Origin: an uncultured Acidobacteriota bacterium | Lineage (GTDB): Bacteria; Acidobacteriota; Vicinamibacteria; Fen-336 | Direction of reading: 5' to 3' | Length of the DNA stretch: 64,000 nucleotides | Assembly: GCA_963720545.1 (NCBI GenBank) | Contig: OY970399.1 | Span: 3,328,001-3,392,000 of the forward strand | The notes under the pieces: generated by a model | Seen by the model: only the letters and a program-made list of their open reading frames with translations | The model's database searches: none | What the model was told of the DNA's origin: nothing | In this document: piece by piece, positions 45,757 through 55,107 of the stretch | How positions within the stretch are numbered: the stretch's first letter is position 1 | Layout: each line of letters begins with the position of its first letter | Made by a program: the position numbers and the translations under genes

Positions 45757-46665
45757 TCAGGCGCGGTTGGGGCGGCCGACTCCGGGCGCCAGGCGCTCGC
45801 GCCAGACGTCGCGGCGGAAGCGGAACAGCTCGGCGGGCCGGCCGGCGGTGCGCGCCGCGAACTTGCCGGTGCCTTCCACGAGCCCGGCGGTGGCCATCAG
45901 CCTGCGGAAGTTCTGCTTGTGCAGCCGATATCCGGCGAGCGCTTCCACCAGCCGCTGCAGCTGCAGCAGCGTGAAGGCGCGCGGCAGCAGCTCGAACACC
46001 ACCGGCCGGTACCGGATCTTGCCGCGCAGCCGTCCCAGCGCCGTGGCCAGGATGCGGCGGTGGTCGAGGTCGAGCGGCTCGCCGGCCAGCGAGCGCGTGG
46101 CTTCGGAAAGGAGCCGCGCTTCGTAGAGCAACTCGTAGCGCTCGAGAACGCGGTCGGCGTCCCACGAAGCGCCGCGCAGGCCGAAGGCGACGTCGATACG
46201 CTCGCGGCGCAGCGCGCGCGCCTTCTGTTCCTTCTCCTGACGGGTCCACGCATCGAGCGCCGCGGTCAGCGGCTTGAGCGCGGCGGTGCGGCGTTCGCGT
46301 CCGTCCTCCCAGGGAAGGAAGTCGTAGATGTTGCGCCAATGCGCTTCGCCGCCACCGCCGAGCGCGCCCTCGCGGACCAGCGCGAGGTAGGCGACCGAGA
46401 TCAGGCGCTGGCCATCGGCCGACGGCCCGAGACGGTCGCGGTCGCCGAACGTGTAAAGCTGCTCGACGTAGCCGAGCTCGAGCCCGGACTGCTGGCGCAC
46501 CCAGGAGCGCAGGCCGAGGTCGAGCGTGCGGTCGCCGGCCGGATCGAGCGGACCGAAGGGCAAGGCGCCCGGATGGCCCCTGCGGCTCACGATGAGGACA
46601 CGCGGCTCGTCATCGGTGACGGCGACGACCACGGCGCTCAGCCCGATGACGACGCTCTCAGCCAA
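45757..46665 (-). CDS. nadQ: NAD biosynthesis transcriptional regulator (NadQ/NrtR family; Nudix-like plus wHTH)
   Basis: LPFGPLDP..DRTLDLGLRSWV, LGYVEQLYTFGDRDR, DHRRILATALGRLRGKIRYRP, LHKQNFRR, GRPAELF. Confidence 0.85.
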   Translation of the reverse strand: MAESVVIGLSAVVVAVTDDEPRVLIVSRRGHPGALPFGPLDPAGDRTLDLGLRSWVRQQSGLELGYVEQLYTFGDRDRLGPSADGQRLISVAYLALVREGALGGGGEAHWRNIYDFLPWEDGRERRTAALKPLTAALDAWTRQEKEQKARALRRERIDVAFGLRGASWDADRVLERYELLYEARLLSEATRSLAGEPLDLDHRRILATALGRLRGKIRYRPVVFELLPRAFTLLQLQRLVEALAGYRLHKQNFRRLMATAGLVEGTGKFAARTAGRPAELFRFRRDVWRERLAPGVGRPNRA

Positions 46666-46667
46666 GC

Positions 46668-47420
46668 TCAGTCCTTCTTCGCCCCTTGCTTCGCCACCGC
46701 CTGGGCGGCGCGCTTCACGGCTTCAGGATCGCCGAGGTAGAAGTGCCGCACCGGCTTCAGGCCGGCATCGAGCTCGTAGACGAGCGGCACGCCGGTTGGA
46801 ATGTTGAGCTCGGTGATCTCCTGCTCGGAGATGCCGTCGAGATACATCACCAGCGCGCGGAGGCTGTTGCCGTGCGCGGCGACCAGCACCCGCTGGCCGG
46901 CCCGCAGCGCCGGCGCAATGGTCTCGTGCCAATAGGGAAGGAAGCGCGCGACGGTGTCCTTCAACGACTCTGTGAGCGGCGCGCTGATGCCGGCGCCGAG
47001 ATTCTGGTAGCGCGCGTCGCGGCCTTCATAGCGCTCGTCGTCCCGAGCGAGCGGCGGCGGCGGGTCGCCGTAGCTGCGGCGCCAGACCTTCACCTGCGCC
47101 TCGCCGAACTTCGCCGCGGTCTCGGCCTTGTTCAGTCCCTGCAAAGCGCCGTAGTGGCGCTCGTTGAGGCGCCAGGTTGGAAACACCGGCAGCCACATGA
47201 GGTCCATCTCGTCCAGGGCGATCCAGAGCGTGCGGATGGCGCGCTTGAGGAGCGACGTGTACGCGAGGTCGAAGGTGTAGCCGCCCGCGCGCAGCAGCCG
47301 GCCGGCTTCGCGCGCCTCCTCGCGCCCCTTCGGCGAGAGGTCCACGTCGGTCCAGCCCGTGAAGCGGTTCTCGAGGTTCCATTGGCTTTCGCCGTGACGC
47401 AGCAGCACGAGTGTGGGCAT
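46668..47420 (-). CDS. gpmA: 2,3-bisphosphoglycerate-dependent phosphoglycerate mutase
   Basis: [41 protein letters not shown]. Confidence 0.97.
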   Translation of the reverse strand: MPTLVLLRHGESQWNLENRFTGWTDVDLSPKGREEAREAGRLLRAGGYTFDLAYTSLLKRAIRTLWIALDEMDLMWLPVFPTWRLNERHYGALQGLNKAETAAKFGEAQVKVWRRSYGDPPPPLARDDERYEGRDARYQNLGAGISAPLTESLKDTVARFLPYWHETIAPALRAGQRVLVAAHGNSLRALVMYLDGISEQEITELNIPTGVPLVYELDAGLKPVRHFYLGDPEAVKRAAQAVAKQGAKKD

Positions 47421-47429
47421 GTGCAGCGC

Positions 47430-47439
47430 AGTTTAAACT
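47430..47439. promoter_or_regulatory. Candidate bidirectional -10 element shared by gpmA and the MFS gene
   Basis: Palindrome AGTTTAAACT reads TAAACT on both strands, inside a 31-bp divergent gap. Confidence 0.55.
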
Positions 47440-47451
47440 TCGCGCACCCGA

Positions 47452-48708
47452 ATGCTTCGCAATCCGCTGGCGCTGCTGCGAAGCTTGCCGCCGACCGTGC
47501 GTGTGCTGGTCTACGGCACCTTCGTCAACAAGCTCGGCACCTTCATCATCCCGTTCCTGACGCTGGTGTTGCGCCGCGAATTCCGCCTGAGCGAAGCGCA
47601 AACCGGGCTCGCGATCTTTGCCTACGGCGCCGGCTCGATCGTCTCCATACTCACCGGCGGCTACCTCTCGGACCGGCTCGGGCGGCGGCGCACGCTGCTC
47701 ATCAGCCTCTGCGGCAGCGGCATCCTGGCGGTCGCGATGGGCTTCGCGCCGTCGCTCGGCGTCTTCAGCGTGCTGCTGCTCTTATTCGGCTTCGTCGCCG
47801 ACCTCTACCGGCCCGCGTCGTCGGCGATCGTCGGGGACCTGCTGCCGTCGGCGCGGCGGCCGGTGGGCTTCGCGGCGCTGCGGGTCGCGATCAACCTCGG
47901 CTTTGCCGGCGGCATGGCGCTCGGCGGCTTCCTCGCCGACGCCAACTGGCGCATCCTGTTCTGGGCCGACGGCGCCACGACACTCGCGTTCGGCGCGGTC
48001 GTGTTCCTGACGATCCCCGACACGCGCCCCGCCGTGACGCTCGAGAACGCCGCCCGCGGCGCGCTCGGCGCGGGACCGTGGCGCGACCGCGTCTTTCACC
48101 TGGCACTCGTGTCGTCGTTCGTCTTCGCGATCGGCATGTTCGCCGACCTCACCATCCTGCCCCTGACGCTGAGCCAGTCCGCGGGCTATCCGTCGTACGT
48201 CTACGGCAGCCTGCTGGCCATGAACGGCCTGGTGGTGGGACTGCTCGAGATTCCGGCGGCGGCGTGGCTGCGGCGTTACCGGCGCCTGCGCGTCGCCGCC
48301 CTCGGCATGGCGTGCGGCGGCCTCGGCATCGGCATGACCGGCCTCGATTTCCACTGGGCGTGGCTCGCGCTCTCGATCCTGGTCTGGACGGTGGGCGAGG
48401 TGCTGACCATGCCGCAGCACATGGCGTTCGTCGCCGACTGGTCGCCGCCGGCGGCGCGCGGGCGCTATCTCGGGCTCTACAGCGCCACCTGGAGTCTGGG
48501 CCTGGCGCTCAACCCCATCGTGTTCCTGCCGCTGCACTCGCGCCTGTCGGAAGGTGCTTTCTGGCTGGTGATGGGCGTCGTCGCGTTCGCACCCGCGCTC
48601 TTGTGCCTGCACCTCGACCGCCATGCCGACCGGCCCGAGCTGTTGCGCGGCGCCGATCACGGGCCGCTGAGCGAAGCGGCGATCATTCCCGACAGGCCCG
48701 AGGGCTAG
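47452..48708 (+). CDS. MFS transporter
   Basis: Motif A GYLSDRLGRR, about 12 TM segments. Confidence 0.92.
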   Translation: MLRNPLALLRSLPPTVRVLVYGTFVNKLGTFIIPFLTLVLRREFRLSEAQTGLAIFAYGAGSIVSILTGGYLSDRLGRRRTLLISLCGSGILAVAMGFAPSLGVFSVLLLLFGFVADLYRPASSAIVGDLLPSARRPVGFAALRVAINLGFAGGMALGGFLADANWRILFWADGATTLAFGAVVFLTIPDTRPAVTLENAARGALGAGPWRDRVFHLALVSSFVFAIGMFADLTILPLTLSQSAGYPSYVYGSLLAMNGLVVGLLEIPAAAWLRRYRRLRVAALGMACGGLGIGMTGLDFHWAWLALSILVWTVGEVLTMPQHMAFVADWSPPAARGRYLGLYSATWSLGLALNPIVFLPLHSRLSEGAFWLVMGVVAFAPALLCLHLDRHADRPELLRGADHGPLSEAAIIPDRPEG

Positions 48709-48719
48709 AATCCGTCACC

Positions 48720-49559
48720 GTGAACCGAGTCGCGATCTACGGCGCCGGCGAAGTGGGCGCGACCACGGCGCGGCGGCTCGCGGAACTCGAGTTGTGCCGC
48801 AGCATCGTGCTCGTCGATTCCGACGAAGGGCGCGCCCGCGGCAAGGCGCTCGACCTGATGCAGTCGGGCCCGGTCGAGGGTTACGACACGGCTTTGTCGG
48901 GCGTGAGCGTGCTGGAGGCGGCGGGCGAGTGCGACGCGGTGATTCTCGCCGACGGGCCGCTTTTCTCCGGTACGACACCGGAGCTGCCGTCGGCGCTGCT
49001 CGAGCTGGCGCGCTCGGTGTCGCGCGTGACCGGCGGGCCGGTGCTCGCGGCACTCCCCGAATGCGCGGCGTTCCTCGAGACGGCGGTTCGTTCCGGGCAG
49101 CCGCGCGACCGCGTGATGGGCACGGCCGGCATCGCTTTCGCCGGCGCCGTGCGGGCCGCGCTCGCTGCGGGGCTCGACGCGCGGCCGGTGGACATCGCGT
49201 TGTGCGTGCTCGGCAGGCCGCCGGCGGACGGCATGGTGCCGATCGAGTCGGCCACCTGCGCCGGCATCCGCGTCGACGCGCTCTCGCCTTCGGCGCTGCG
49301 CCGTGCGCTCGAGTCGGCGCGCAAGCATGTGGCCGGCCCGGTGGCGCTGGCCGCCGCCGCCGCGCGCGCGCTCGCCGGTTTGCAGGGCGGCGCGACGACC
49401 TTGTCGCTCACAGTGGTGCTGGACGGCGAGTACGGCCATCGCGGCATCGCGCTCACGGTACCGGCGCGCCTCGCCAACGGCCGCATCGAACGCGTGGTGG
49501 AGATTGCGCTGCAGCCGGTAGACCGCGTCGCGTTCGACCGCGCCGCGTCGCGTCGCTGA
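48720..49559 (+). CDS. Malate/lactate dehydrogenase-like protein lacking catalytic residues
   Basis: VAIYGAGEVG, GKALDLMQ, LDGEYG and VPARL...GRIERVVE match the MDH scaffold; active-site motifs are absent. Confidence 0.8.
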   Translation: MNRVAIYGAGEVGATTARRLAELELCRSIVLVDSDEGRARGKALDLMQSGPVEGYDTALSGVSVLEAAGECDAVILADGPLFSGTTPELPSALLELARSVSRVTGGPVLAALPECAAFLETAVRSGQPRDRVMGTAGIAFAGAVRAALAAGLDARPVDIALCVLGRPPADGMVPIESATCAGIRVDALSPSALRRALESARKHVAGPVALAAAAARALAGLQGGATTLSLTVVLDGEYGHRGIALTVPARLANGRIERVVEIALQPVDRVAFDRAASRR

Positions 49560-49576
49560 CGACGGCCTGCGGCGCG

Positions 49577-50131
49577 CTACAACAGCGCGGGCTTGAGGTC
49601 GGCGTGCGCGGACGAGATCACGACGCGCGCGATCAGCATGCCTTCCTTGCGCACCGACGCGGCGCCGGCGGCGACGGCCGCCTCGACCGCGGCGACGTCG
49701 CCGGTGAGCACCACCAGGCCCTTGCCGCCCGGCTGGTTGCGTGCCTCGATGAGGGTGACGGCGGCCGCCTTCACCGCGGCGTCGCCGGCGAAGATGGCGG
49801 AGGCCACTTCCTTCGTTTCGATGATGCCGACGGCGCCGATCTGCGGCACCGCGACGCGGCCCTTGATGGCCGCGGCGAGCTGCGGGTCGGCATTCTGGAT
49901 GATGAAGTCGTCGAGCAGCGTTGCGGCTGCCGTCTCGCGGCCGGCGCTGAGCGAAGCCTCGACGTCGGCGACATTGCCGCCGATCATGATGAGGTACTTG
50001 CCGCGCGGCACGATGGTGGTGAGCAGCAGGTCCACCGATGCCCGCTTCAGCATCGCGTCCACGGCTTCGATGCCCTTGGCGATCGACGACGTCTCGATGA
50101 AGCCGATGGCCGGCCCGCTCTTCTCTTTCAT
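49577..50131 (-). CDS. Tandem BMC-domain shell protein (BMC-T, PduT-like)
   Basis: AIGFIETSSIAKGIEAVDAMLK..GKY and AVGIIET...GDAAVKAA...GGKG...GDVAAVEAAV. Confidence 0.88.
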   Translation of the reverse strand: MKEKSGPAIGFIETSSIAKGIEAVDAMLKRASVDLLLTTIVPRGKYLIMIGGNVADVEASLSAGRETAAATLLDDFIIQNADPQLAAAIKGRVAVPQIGAVGIIETKEVASAIFAGDAAVKAAAVTLIEARNQPGGKGLVVLTGDVAAVEAAVAAGAASVRKEGMLIARVVISSAHADLKPALL

Positions 50132-50166
50132 GGCGGGAGTGTAGCGCTTGTTGGCCTCCCGGCCTT

Positions 50167-51051
50167 GTGGGACGATGCCCGGCGTTGACCAGCCCCGAAG
50201 AAGACCCTGCGCTGCGTGCCGCGTTCGCCCACTGCGAGCGGATCGCGCGCGCCCATTACGAGAACTTTCCCGTGGGGCTGTTCGTCCCCAGGGCGAGCCA
50301 GAAGTACGTGCACTCGCTCTATGCCTTTGCCCGCACCGCCGACGATTTCGTGGACGAGCCCGAATACGCCGCGGTGCGCGCGGAAAAGCTCGCGGACTGG
50401 CAGCAGCGCCTCGACGCAACGTATGCGGGGCGGCCCGACGGCCCGATCTTCGTGGCGCTCGGCGAAACAGTGCGCAAGCTCGGCATCGACAAGCGCCTGC
50501 TCGACGACCTGCTCAGCGCCTTTCGCCAGGACACGGTGAAGAGCCGCTACGCCGACTGGGAAGAGCTGCGCGATTATTGCCGGCGCTCCGCCGACCCCGT
50601 AGGGCGCCTGGTGCTGCTGGTGTTCGGCTACCGCGACCCTTCTCTGGCGCGCAGCGCCGATGCGCTGTGCACGGCGTTGCAGCTTGCGAACCATTGGCAG
50701 GATCTCGGCATCGACCTCGCGCGCGACCGCATCTACGTGCCGCAACAGATCCTCGCGCGGCATGGCGTCGACGAAGCCGCGCTGCGTGCGCACCGTGCCG
50801 ACGAACCGTTTCGCGCGCTGATGCAGGAGCTCGTCGCCCGCACCCGCGAGCTGTTCACGATCGCGCGGCCGCTCTGCGACCGGGTCGGCCGCGACCTGCG
50901 CTTCGAGCTGCGGCTCACGTGGCTCGGCGGCTCGGGCATCCTCGACCGCATCGAAGTCGCCGGCTACGACGTGTTCAGGCGCCGGCCGCATCACAACCTG
51001 GCGGCGAAGCTGCGGCTCGCATGGCACGCGTGGCGCTGGCGGGCGGCGTGA
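50167..51051 (+). CDS. hpnC: Squalene synthase HpnC
   Basis: HYENFPVG, YAFARTADDFVD, YCRRSADPVGRL, LQLANHWQD. Start may be TTG 50185. Confidence 0.92.
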   Translation: MGRCPALTSPEEDPALRAAFAHCERIARAHYENFPVGLFVPRASQKYVHSLYAFARTADDFVDEPEYAAVRAEKLADWQQRLDATYAGRPDGPIFVALGETVRKLGIDKRLLDDLLSAFRQDTVKSRYADWEELRDYCRRSADPVGRLVLLVFGYRDPSLARSADALCTALQLANHWQDLGIDLARDRIYVPQQILARHGVDEAALRAHRADEPFRALMQELVARTRELFTIARPLCDRVGRDLRFELRLTWLGGSGILDRIEVAGYDVFRRRPHHNLAAKLRLAWHAWRWRAA

Positions 51052-51055
51052 ACGC

Positions 51056-51904
51056 ATGAACGCCTCGCCGAGCGCCATGGTGACGCGCCGCAGCGGCACC
51101 AGCTTCTACGCCGCGTTCGTCATGCTTCCGCCGGCCAAGCGGCGCGCGCTCGAGGCGCTCTATGCCTTCTGCCGCATCGTCGACGACTGTGTGGACGACG
51201 CCCGGGGCGCCGGGGCGCCCGGTCTCGACCGCTGGAGCGCCGAAGTGGACGCGGCTTTCGCCGGCCGCGACCCGCGCACCGAGATCGGCCGCGCGATCGC
51301 GGCGGCGCTGGAACGCTTTCCCATGCCGCGCGCCAGCTTCCGCGACGTCATCGAGGGCTGCCGAATGGACCTCGCGCCGCGCGCCTACCAGACGTTCGAC
51401 GACCTGCGCGTCTACTGCGAACGGGTCGCGTCGGCGGTGGGCCTCGCCGCCATCGAGATCTTCGGCTACCGCGATCCGCAGACGAAGGAGTATGCGCGCG
51501 AGCTGGGTGTGGCGCTGCAGCTCATCAACATCGTGCGCGACCTCGGCGGCGATGCGCTCGCGGGCCGCGTCTACGTCCCCGGCGACGACCTCGACGCGCA
51601 GTTGCTGACGCGCGAAACGTTTCGCGCGGCGGCATCGGGCAGCGCCCCGCGCACGCCCGCCGTAGACCGAGTGGTCGCGGCACAGGCCGAGCGCGCCCTG
51701 AGCCAATACCGGCACGCGCAGTCGCTGCTGCCGGCCGCCGACCGTCGCAGCATGCTGCCGGCACAGGTGATGGCAGCCACCTATCGCGAGATCCTCGCGC
51801 GGCTCGCCGCGCGCGGCTACCCGTTCGGCGAGCGCCTGCGCCTCAACCGCCTTGCCAAGGCGCGTGTCGCCCTGCGCACTGTCGCGAGCGAGATGTTCGC
51901 GTGA
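51056..51904 (+). CDS. hpnD: Presqualene diphosphate synthase HpnD
   Basis: SGTSFY, YAFCRIVDDCVD, YCERVASAVG, LQLINIVRD. Confidence 0.9.
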   Translation: MNASPSAMVTRRSGTSFYAAFVMLPPAKRRALEALYAFCRIVDDCVDDARGAGAPGLDRWSAEVDAAFAGRDPRTEIGRAIAAALERFPMPRASFRDVIEGCRMDLAPRAYQTFDDLRVYCERVASAVGLAAIEIFGYRDPQTKEYARELGVALQLINIVRDLGGDALAGRVYVPGDDLDAQLLTRETFRAAASGSAPRTPAVDRVVAAQAERALSQYRHAQSLLPAADRRSMLPAQVMAATYREILARLAARGYPFGERLRLNRLAKARVALRTVASEMFA

Positions 51905-53352
51905 AGGTGGCGGTGGTCGGCGCCGGGTTCGCGGGCATGGCCGCTGCCATCGCGCTGCAGGAGGCCGGCCACGAGGTGGTGCTGCTGGAGCGCCGCGGCG
52001 TGCTGGGCGGCCGCGCCACCTCCTATCGCGATGCGCTGTCGGGTGAAGAGGTGGATAACGGCACGCACCTGATGGTCGGCGCCTACACCGCCACGCGCGA
52101 GCTCGCGGCCCGCGCCGGGGCCGCGGACCTCCTCGAACTGCAGCCGAACCTGCGGATCGACTTCATCGACGACGCCGGCCTGCGGACGCTTCGGTGTCCG
52201 GCCCTGCCTGCGCCCTTCCACCTGCTGGCCGGCCTTTTCTCGTTCGACATCAGCTGGCGCGCCCGCCGTGACGCCGCGCGCCTCGCGTGGGCCGCGCGCT
52301 TCGGCAAGCCGCCCGTGGGCCTGACCGCCGACCAATGGTTCGAGGCGACCGGGCAGGGCGAGGAGATCCGCACCGCGCTGTGGGATCCGCTGGTTCGCGC
52401 CATAGTCAATGAGGATACGCAGTGCGCCGCCGCCATCCTCTTCTACAACGTGTTCCGCGAGACCTTCCTCCGCGGCCGCGCCGCATCGTCGCTGCTGTTC
52501 CTCAAGGCAGGCTTCGCCGTGCTTCACGAGCGGCTCGCCGCGCATTTCGTGGCGCGCGGCGGGGTGCTGCGCCGGCGCGCCACCGCGCTCGCGGTGCAGG
52601 CGCGAGACGGGCGCGTTTGCTCTGTCCTCGTCAGGCAGGGCGCCGCGGGCCGCGCGTCGATCCTGGCCGGCGCCGGCGGCGGCCGGCTGCAGCTCGACGC
52701 CGATGCGGTGGTGCTTGCGGTACCGCACTCCGCGGTGCGCCGCCTGGTGCCTGAAGAGTTCCGCATCGTCCGGCCGTTCGACCTGCTCGACAGCTTCGGC
52801 GGCGCGCCAATCGTCTCGGTGGACGTCTGGATCGATCGCCTCGCGGTGCCATACCCCATGGTCGGCTTGCGCGACGAAACCTTCGAATGGGTGTTCGACA
52901 AGGGTCGCGCGTTCGGCCGCAGCGGGCTGCCGCAGCACCTCTCGCTCCTCATCAGCGCGGCGCACGACGCCTGCGCGCGCCCCAATGCCGACCTGGTGGC
53001 CGGCGCCGAGCATGCGCTGCGCCGCTACTTCCCCGGGATGAGCGGGGTGCGCATCGAGCGCTCGCTGGTGCTGCGTGAGCCGCTTGCCACCTTCGCCTCA
53101 CGTCCGCAGCTCGAAGCGCTGCGGCCGAAGGCGACGACACCCATCGGTGGGCTGTTCCTGGCCGGCGACTGGACGGCAACCGGGCTGCCGGCAACGATCG
53201 AGGGCGCCGTGCGCAGCGGCATCGAAGCCGCGCGACAGGCGTGCGCCTGGGAGCAGCAACTCGCATCACCATCAAGCAAGGAGAACGCCGCATGGACATG
53301 GAGCCAGGAAGCCGAATCCGCACCCGCAGCCGGAGCCGAGCGCTCGGCGTGA
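51901..53352 (+). CDS. hpnE: Hydroxysqualene dehydroxylase HpnE
   Basis: VVGAGFAG, LGGRATS, VDNGTHL, LAGDWTATGLPATIEGAVRSG; follows hpnCD. Confidence 0.9.
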   Translation: MKVAVVGAGFAGMAAAIALQEAGHEVVLLERRGVLGGRATSYRDALSGEEVDNGTHLMVGAYTATRELAARAGAADLLELQPNLRIDFIDDAGLRTLRCPALPAPFHLLAGLFSFDISWRARRDAARLAWAARFGKPPVGLTADQWFEATGQGEEIRTALWDPLVRAIVNEDTQCAAAILFYNVFRETFLRGRAASSLLFLKAGFAVLHERLAAHFVARGGVLRRRATALAVQARDGRVCSVLVRQGAAGRASILAGAGGGRLQLDADAVVLAVPHSAVRRLVPEEFRIVRPFDLLDSFGGAPIVSVDVWIDRLAVPYPMVGLRDETFEWVFDKGRAFGRSGLPQHLSLLISAAHDACARPNADLVAGAEHALRRYFPGMSGVRIERSLVLREPLATFASRPQLEALRPKATTPIGGLFLAGDWTATGLPATIEGAVRSGIEAARQACAWEQQLASPSSKENAAWTWSQEAESAPAAGAERSA

Positions 53353-54989
53353 TGTTCCTCGCCGCCGCGGCCGCCGGCACGGCGCAGGGCGGCGACCGCG
53401 AGCAGGGCCGCTCGCTGGTGATGAGCAAGGGCGGCATCGTCGCGAGCGAGCACCCGCTCGCGTCGCAGGCAGGTGCCGCGATCCTGGCGAACGGCGGCAA
53501 CGCCATCGACGCGGCGGTCGCGGCGAACGCTGTGATGGGCCTGGTGGCGCCAATGAGCAACGGCATCGGCGGCGACCTGTTCGCGATCGTCTACGACGCG
53601 AAGACGAAGAAGACCTACGGCCTGAACGCGAGCGGCTGGGCGCCGAAGGGGCAGTCGCGCGATCGCCTCGCGGCGGCGGGCCACAAGGAAATGCCCGCGG
53701 ACGGGATCGAGACGGTGACGGTGCCGGGCGCGGTGGACGGCTGGAGCAAGCTGCTGGCGCGCTTCGGCACGCAGCCGCTCGCCGCGGTGCTGGCGCCGGC
53801 GATCCGCATTGCCGACGACGGGTTCCCGGTGAGCGAGTGGGTGGCCGCGAACTGGCAAGGCCACGACAAGATCCTCAAAGGCAACGCCCTTGCGTTGTAC
53901 GTGCCGGGTGGCAAGGTGCCAGGCGTCGGCGACGTGTTTCGCAACCCCGACCTCGCGAACTCGCTGCGCGCCATCGCGAAGGGCGGCCGCGATGCCTACT
54001 ACAAGGGCGCCATCGCGCAGGCGATCGTCGCCGAGTCGCAGGCGCACCACGGCACCATGGACGCGGCCGACCTCGCCGAGTACGAGAGCGAGTGGGTGGA
54101 GCCGATCAGCACCACGTACCGCGGCTGGACCGTTTACGAGATTCCGCCGAACACGCAGGGCATTGCAGCTCTCGTGATGCTCAACATGATGGAAGGCATG
54201 CCGCTTGCGCAGTGGGGGCACAACTCCGCGCGCACGCTGCACAACCTCATCGAAGCGAAGAAGCTCGCGTACGCCGACATGATCCGCTACGTCGGCGATC
54301 CGCGAATGGCGGCAGTGCCATCCGCCGGGCTGCTTTCCAAGGAGTACGCGGCGGGCCGCGCCAGACTCATCGACCCGGCGAAGGCGGCGGCAGCCGCGAC
54401 CGCCGGCAGCGTGCGCGTCGGCAACGACACGATCTACCTCGCCACCGTGGACGGCGCCGGCAACATGGTGTCGCTGATCCAGAGCAACTACGAGAGCTAC
54501 GGCTTTGGCTCAGGTCTGGTGGCGGCCGGCACCGGCTTCTGCCTGCACAACCGCGGCGCCTTGTTCACGCTCGACGCGCACAGCCCGAACGTGATCGCAC
54601 CGCGCAAGCGGCCGCTGCACACCATCATTCCCGCGATGATGGAACGCGGCGAGGAGCGCATCGGCTTCGGCATCATGGGCGGCTACAACCAGGCACAGGC
54701 GCACGCGCAGTTCGTCTCGAACATCGTCGACCATGGCATGAACATCCAGGCGGCGATGGAAGCGGCGCGCTTCAACAAGTCCACGTTCGATGGGCTCGAC
54801 GTGCAGATCGAGGACCGCGTCGCGCCTGAAGCGAAGGCCGAGCTCACACGCCTCGGCCACCAGATCACGTGGCGCCACGGCTTCTCCTCGAACATGGGCG
54901 GCGGCCAGGCGGTGATGCGCAACTACAAGACCGGCGTCAACTCCGGCGCCTCCGACCCCCGCAAAGACGGCGCCGCCATCCCCCAGTAA
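53292..54989 (+). CDS. ggt: Gamma-glutamyltransferase (exported)
   Basis: GGNAIDAAVA, GIGGDLF, VPGAVDGW, PPNTQG, DTIYL (autoproteolytic Thr), KRPLHTI, GASDPRKDG. Start is ambiguous (53292 or 53352). Confidence 0.94.
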   Translation: MDMEPGSRIRTRSRSRALGVMFLAAAAAGTAQGGDREQGRSLVMSKGGIVASEHPLASQAGAAILANGGNAIDAAVAANAVMGLVAPMSNGIGGDLFAIVYDAKTKKTYGLNASGWAPKGQSRDRLAAAGHKEMPADGIETVTVPGAVDGWSKLLARFGTQPLAAVLAPAIRIADDGFPVSEWVAANWQGHDKILKGNALALYVPGGKVPGVGDVFRNPDLANSLRAIAKGGRDAYYKGAIAQAIVAESQAHHGTMDAADLAEYESEWVEPISTTYRGWTVYEIPPNTQGIAALVMLNMMEGMPLAQWGHNSARTLHNLIEAKKLAYADMIRYVGDPRMAAVPSAGLLSKEYAAGRARLIDPAKAAAAATAGSVRVGNDTIYLATVDGAGNMVSLIQSNYESYGFGSGLVAAGTGFCLHNRGALFTLDAHSPNVIAPRKRPLHTIIPAMMERGEERIGFGIMGGYNQAQAHAQFVSNIVDHGMNIQAAMEAARFNKSTFDGLDVQIEDRVAPEAKAELTRLGHQITWRHGFSSNMGGGQAVMRNYKTGVNSGASDPRKDGAAIPQ

Positions 54990-55029
54990 TCGACGGATTG
55001 GCTTGTCCGTCCCCGTCCAATCCGTCGAT
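54986..55029 (+). repeat. REP-like hairpin, copy 3
   Basis: GTA ATCGACGGATTGG cttgtccgtccccgt CCAATCCGTCGAT, overlapping the ggt stop codon. Confidence 0.87.
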
Positions 55030-55107
55030 TTCCTGCTTGAGGTGTCGCACGGTGCAGCGAAAGTTCCCTCGGTCGCAGCGCAAGCGTTGAGCTCCTCGGG
55101 AAAACGG

